From NCBI GenBank assembly GCA_950097015.1, contig CATNEN010000034.1, positions 5,704,001 through 5,768,000 of the forward strand: 64,000 nt of DNA, in the 5' to 3' direction. The translations under genes and the position numbers were made by a program. This DNA is from Macrostomum hystrix (Eukaryota; Animalia; Platyhelminthes). Below are positions 61,283-64,000 of the stretch, piece after piece. The notes under the pieces are model-generated. The model was given only the letters and a program-made list of their open reading frames with translations. It did no database searches and was not told the origin of the DNA. The number at the start of each line of letters is the position of its first letter. Position 1 is the first letter of the stretch.

Positions 61283-61974
61283 GTGAGTCACCGTTTATTG
61301 TGTCTTCTCTCTCTTTATCTCTGGCTATCAGGGAGTGTGTGTGTTTTCAATAGCTAGCCATTGTTGTGCTAGTATATAGTAGCTATTGTAAAGGGCAAAC
61401 TAGCACATGTAGTGCTTAATTGTTTTTTATAACTTAATTTTGAATTATAAAGCACTTAAATGAGTAGTATAATAAGTTTAAAGCTTATTGAAATTATATG
61501 CTATGTTTACATGACCTTCACTGTGACCTTCACAATTAACTTTTTATTGATAATGCTCTAGCTCTCTTCTCAGTCGCGCTTCCTTCGCTAGATAAAGCAG
61601 GCTCAGCTTGTATGTGCCATTCTATTGTTGTGTATTGTTCCTCTGTTCCGTACTGTAGATCAATCCGGAGCTACTGTCTGTGATTAGCTTCCTCTTTTTT
61701 GTTAAATTAATGCTTTATTCTCATATTGTGCGGGTCATAGGGATTATATTTTGTGAAAAAAAGCTAGTACACACACAAAGCTTCCTTTCATTCGTTGGTG
61801 AGAATGGTGGGTCTGTTGGGCTAGCTGAATGATCTTCTGTAGATTGGTTTTTATTTTAGTTGTTTTTTTCATTCTTCCTAAGATTGAAATAATTGACACT
61901 TTGTTCCTTAACGATCTTCCCAAAAAGCTGTTTCGTGACATGTAGCCCTTTCTTCTAACTCCTTTTTAACGACT

Positions 61975-62575
61975 CAGATGCTTCTCTAATGACTCAGATG
62001 CTTCACTAATGACTCAGATGCTTCTCTAATGACTCAGATGCTTCTCTAATGACTCAGATGCTTCTCTAACGACTCAGATGCTTCACTAACGACTCAGATG
62101 CTTCACTAATGACTCAGATGCTTCTCTAATGACTCAGATGCTTCTCTAATGACTCAGATGCTTCTCTAATGACTCAGATGCTTCTCTAATGACTCAGATG
62201 CTTCTCTAATGACTCAGATGCTTCACTAATGACTCAGATGCTTCTCTAATGACTCAGATGCTTCTCTAATGACTCAGATGTTTATCAGCTACTCAGATCA
62301 TGCTTCTCTAGCTACTCATATACTTCTCTAGCTACTTATATACTTCTATACCTACTCATATACTTCTCTAGCTACTCATATACTTCTCTAGCTACTTATA
62401 TACTTCTATACCTACTCATATACTTCTCTAGCTACTCATATACTTCTCTAGCTACTTATATACTTCTATACCTACTCATATACTTCTCTAGCTACTCATA
62501 TACTTCTATACCTACTCATATACTTCTTTCGCTACTCAGATGCTTTTCTAGCTACTCAGATGCTTCTCTAATGAC
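61975..62575. repeat. 20-bp compound minisatellite GACTCAGATGCTTCTCTAAT grading into CTACTCATATACTTCTCTAG
   Basis: Same 20-bp period and shared ACTCA..T..CTTCTCTA core in both blocks. Confidence 0.93.
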
Positions 62576-63326
62576 AAAAGCTTGTCTAGCGAATCTTAAA
62601 AGCCTTTTCCGAGACGCGTTCGACGCATTCCAGTAGTGCAGCAAAGTAGCAAATCTAAAAGGCTTCAAACGGACGTAAGAACAAACAAGACCTATTTTTT
62701 ACGTCGCGCTTGACTCTTTGTGCCGTACTTCCTTTCGGTCGCCGATTCTATTTTTACGATCGAATTCGAGACTAAGGCATTTTTCGCTCCATTCAGAGGC
62801 TTCTTACAATAGACTATTTTAAGACACGCTGTTTTGCTCTCGCGCAAAAATTTATATCCTTCAATAACCCGCGAAGAGACTATTCTACCAGAGGTTTTTT
62901 CATCGGGTCTCCTTGTCTCTTGTATTAGTTGAAAATTAATTGTTTTAATGTTTGTTACGCCTACACTTTATAAATTCACATAACTAACAACTAACGTTTT
63001 CGTTATAAAAATCTTACCAGCGACTAGTCTGGAGTCCGTGCTATTTCTGCCTGAAGGTGGGTATTTCATTATGGGATAACACAATAACTCGTTCACATCA
63101 GTTCAGGCTATAAGCTATTAAGCTTAATTTTCTGCATCCGTTTCGTCAGTTGTGCCTAAGTCTCTGTAGTGATAAAAAACACATTTTTGTTTAAAGTCGT
63201 CTAGTGCTTGTTCTGTTCAGTGCGTCTTGTCAGATTTTGGTTACCTCATGGGGCGTTAAGGCGACTGTTAACAATATTCGATAATTTAATACGTACTCCC
63301 ACTATTAAAAACACTTTTGGCAAAAA

Positions 63327-64000
63327 CACTCAGAGAATCGCCTTCAATCCCTGCAAAATCACTCAGAGAATCGCCTTCAATCCCTGCAAAATCACTCAGA
63401 GAATCGCCTTCAATCCCTGCAAAATCACTCAGAGAATCGCCTTCAATCCCTGCAAAATCACTCAGAGAATCGCCTTCAATCCCTGCAAAATCACTCAGAG
63501 AATCGCCTTCAATCCCTGCAAAATCACTCAGAGAATCGCCTTCAATCCCTGCAAAATCACTCAGAGAATCGCCTTCAATCCCTGCAAAATCACTCAGAGA
63601 ATCGCCTTCAATCCCTGCAAAATCACTCAGAGAATCGCCTTCAATCCCTGCAAAATCACTCAGAGAATCGCCTTCAATCCCTGCAAAATCACTCAGAGAA
63701 TCGCCTTCAATCCCTGCAAAATCACTCAGAGAATCGCCTTCAATCCCTGCAAAATCACTCAGAGAATCGCCTTCAATCCCTGCAGAATCACTCAGAGAAT
63801 CGCCTTCAATCCCTGCAAAATCACTCAGAGAATCGCCTTCAATCCCTGCAAAATCACTCAGAGAATCGCCTTCAATCCCTGCAAAATCACTCAGAGAATC
63901 GCCTTCAATCCCTGCAAAATCACTCAGAGAATCGCCTTCAATCCCTGCAAAATCACTCAGAGAATCGCCTTCAATCCCTGCAAAATCACTCAGAGAATCG
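63327..64000. repeat. 33-bp near-perfect minisatellite AAAATCACTCAGAGAATCGCCTTCAATCCCTGC, runs off the window end
   Basis: About 20 essentially identical copies; one A-to-G variant near 63785. Confidence 0.98.

Overview
Eukaryotic (metazoan) genomic DNA with spliceosomal GT-AG introns, GC-rich poly-Q/A/E exons, AT-rich islands and about 20 tandem arrays. The style resembles the flatworm Macrostomum, but that is inference and not verified. Genes, in order: a small secreted knottin-like ORF; two tandem Cys-loop anion-channel paralogues (the first intact with 9 exons, the second with its Cys-loop exon and most of the next exon deleted); a head-to-head pair of low-complexity proteins carrying PP1-docking-like motifs; a possible orphan nAChR-like exon; FoxK (FHA + forkhead); CCDC115/Vma22; an RBM4/Lark-like single-RRM protein; ATP synthase delta with a +1 frameshift; IDH3B; and a nuclear receptor whose 3' end was not found. 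Mobile DNA: two inverted copies of a TTAA-flanked MITE, a 5'-truncated RNase H-bearing LINE with a perfect 13-bp TSD nested in a putative DNA element, a decayed Merlin transposase, tRNA-derived SINEs and a dispersed (ATT)n-tailed retroposon family. No rRNA, intact tRNA or CRISPR array was found. All exon models were read by eye and no database searches were run.
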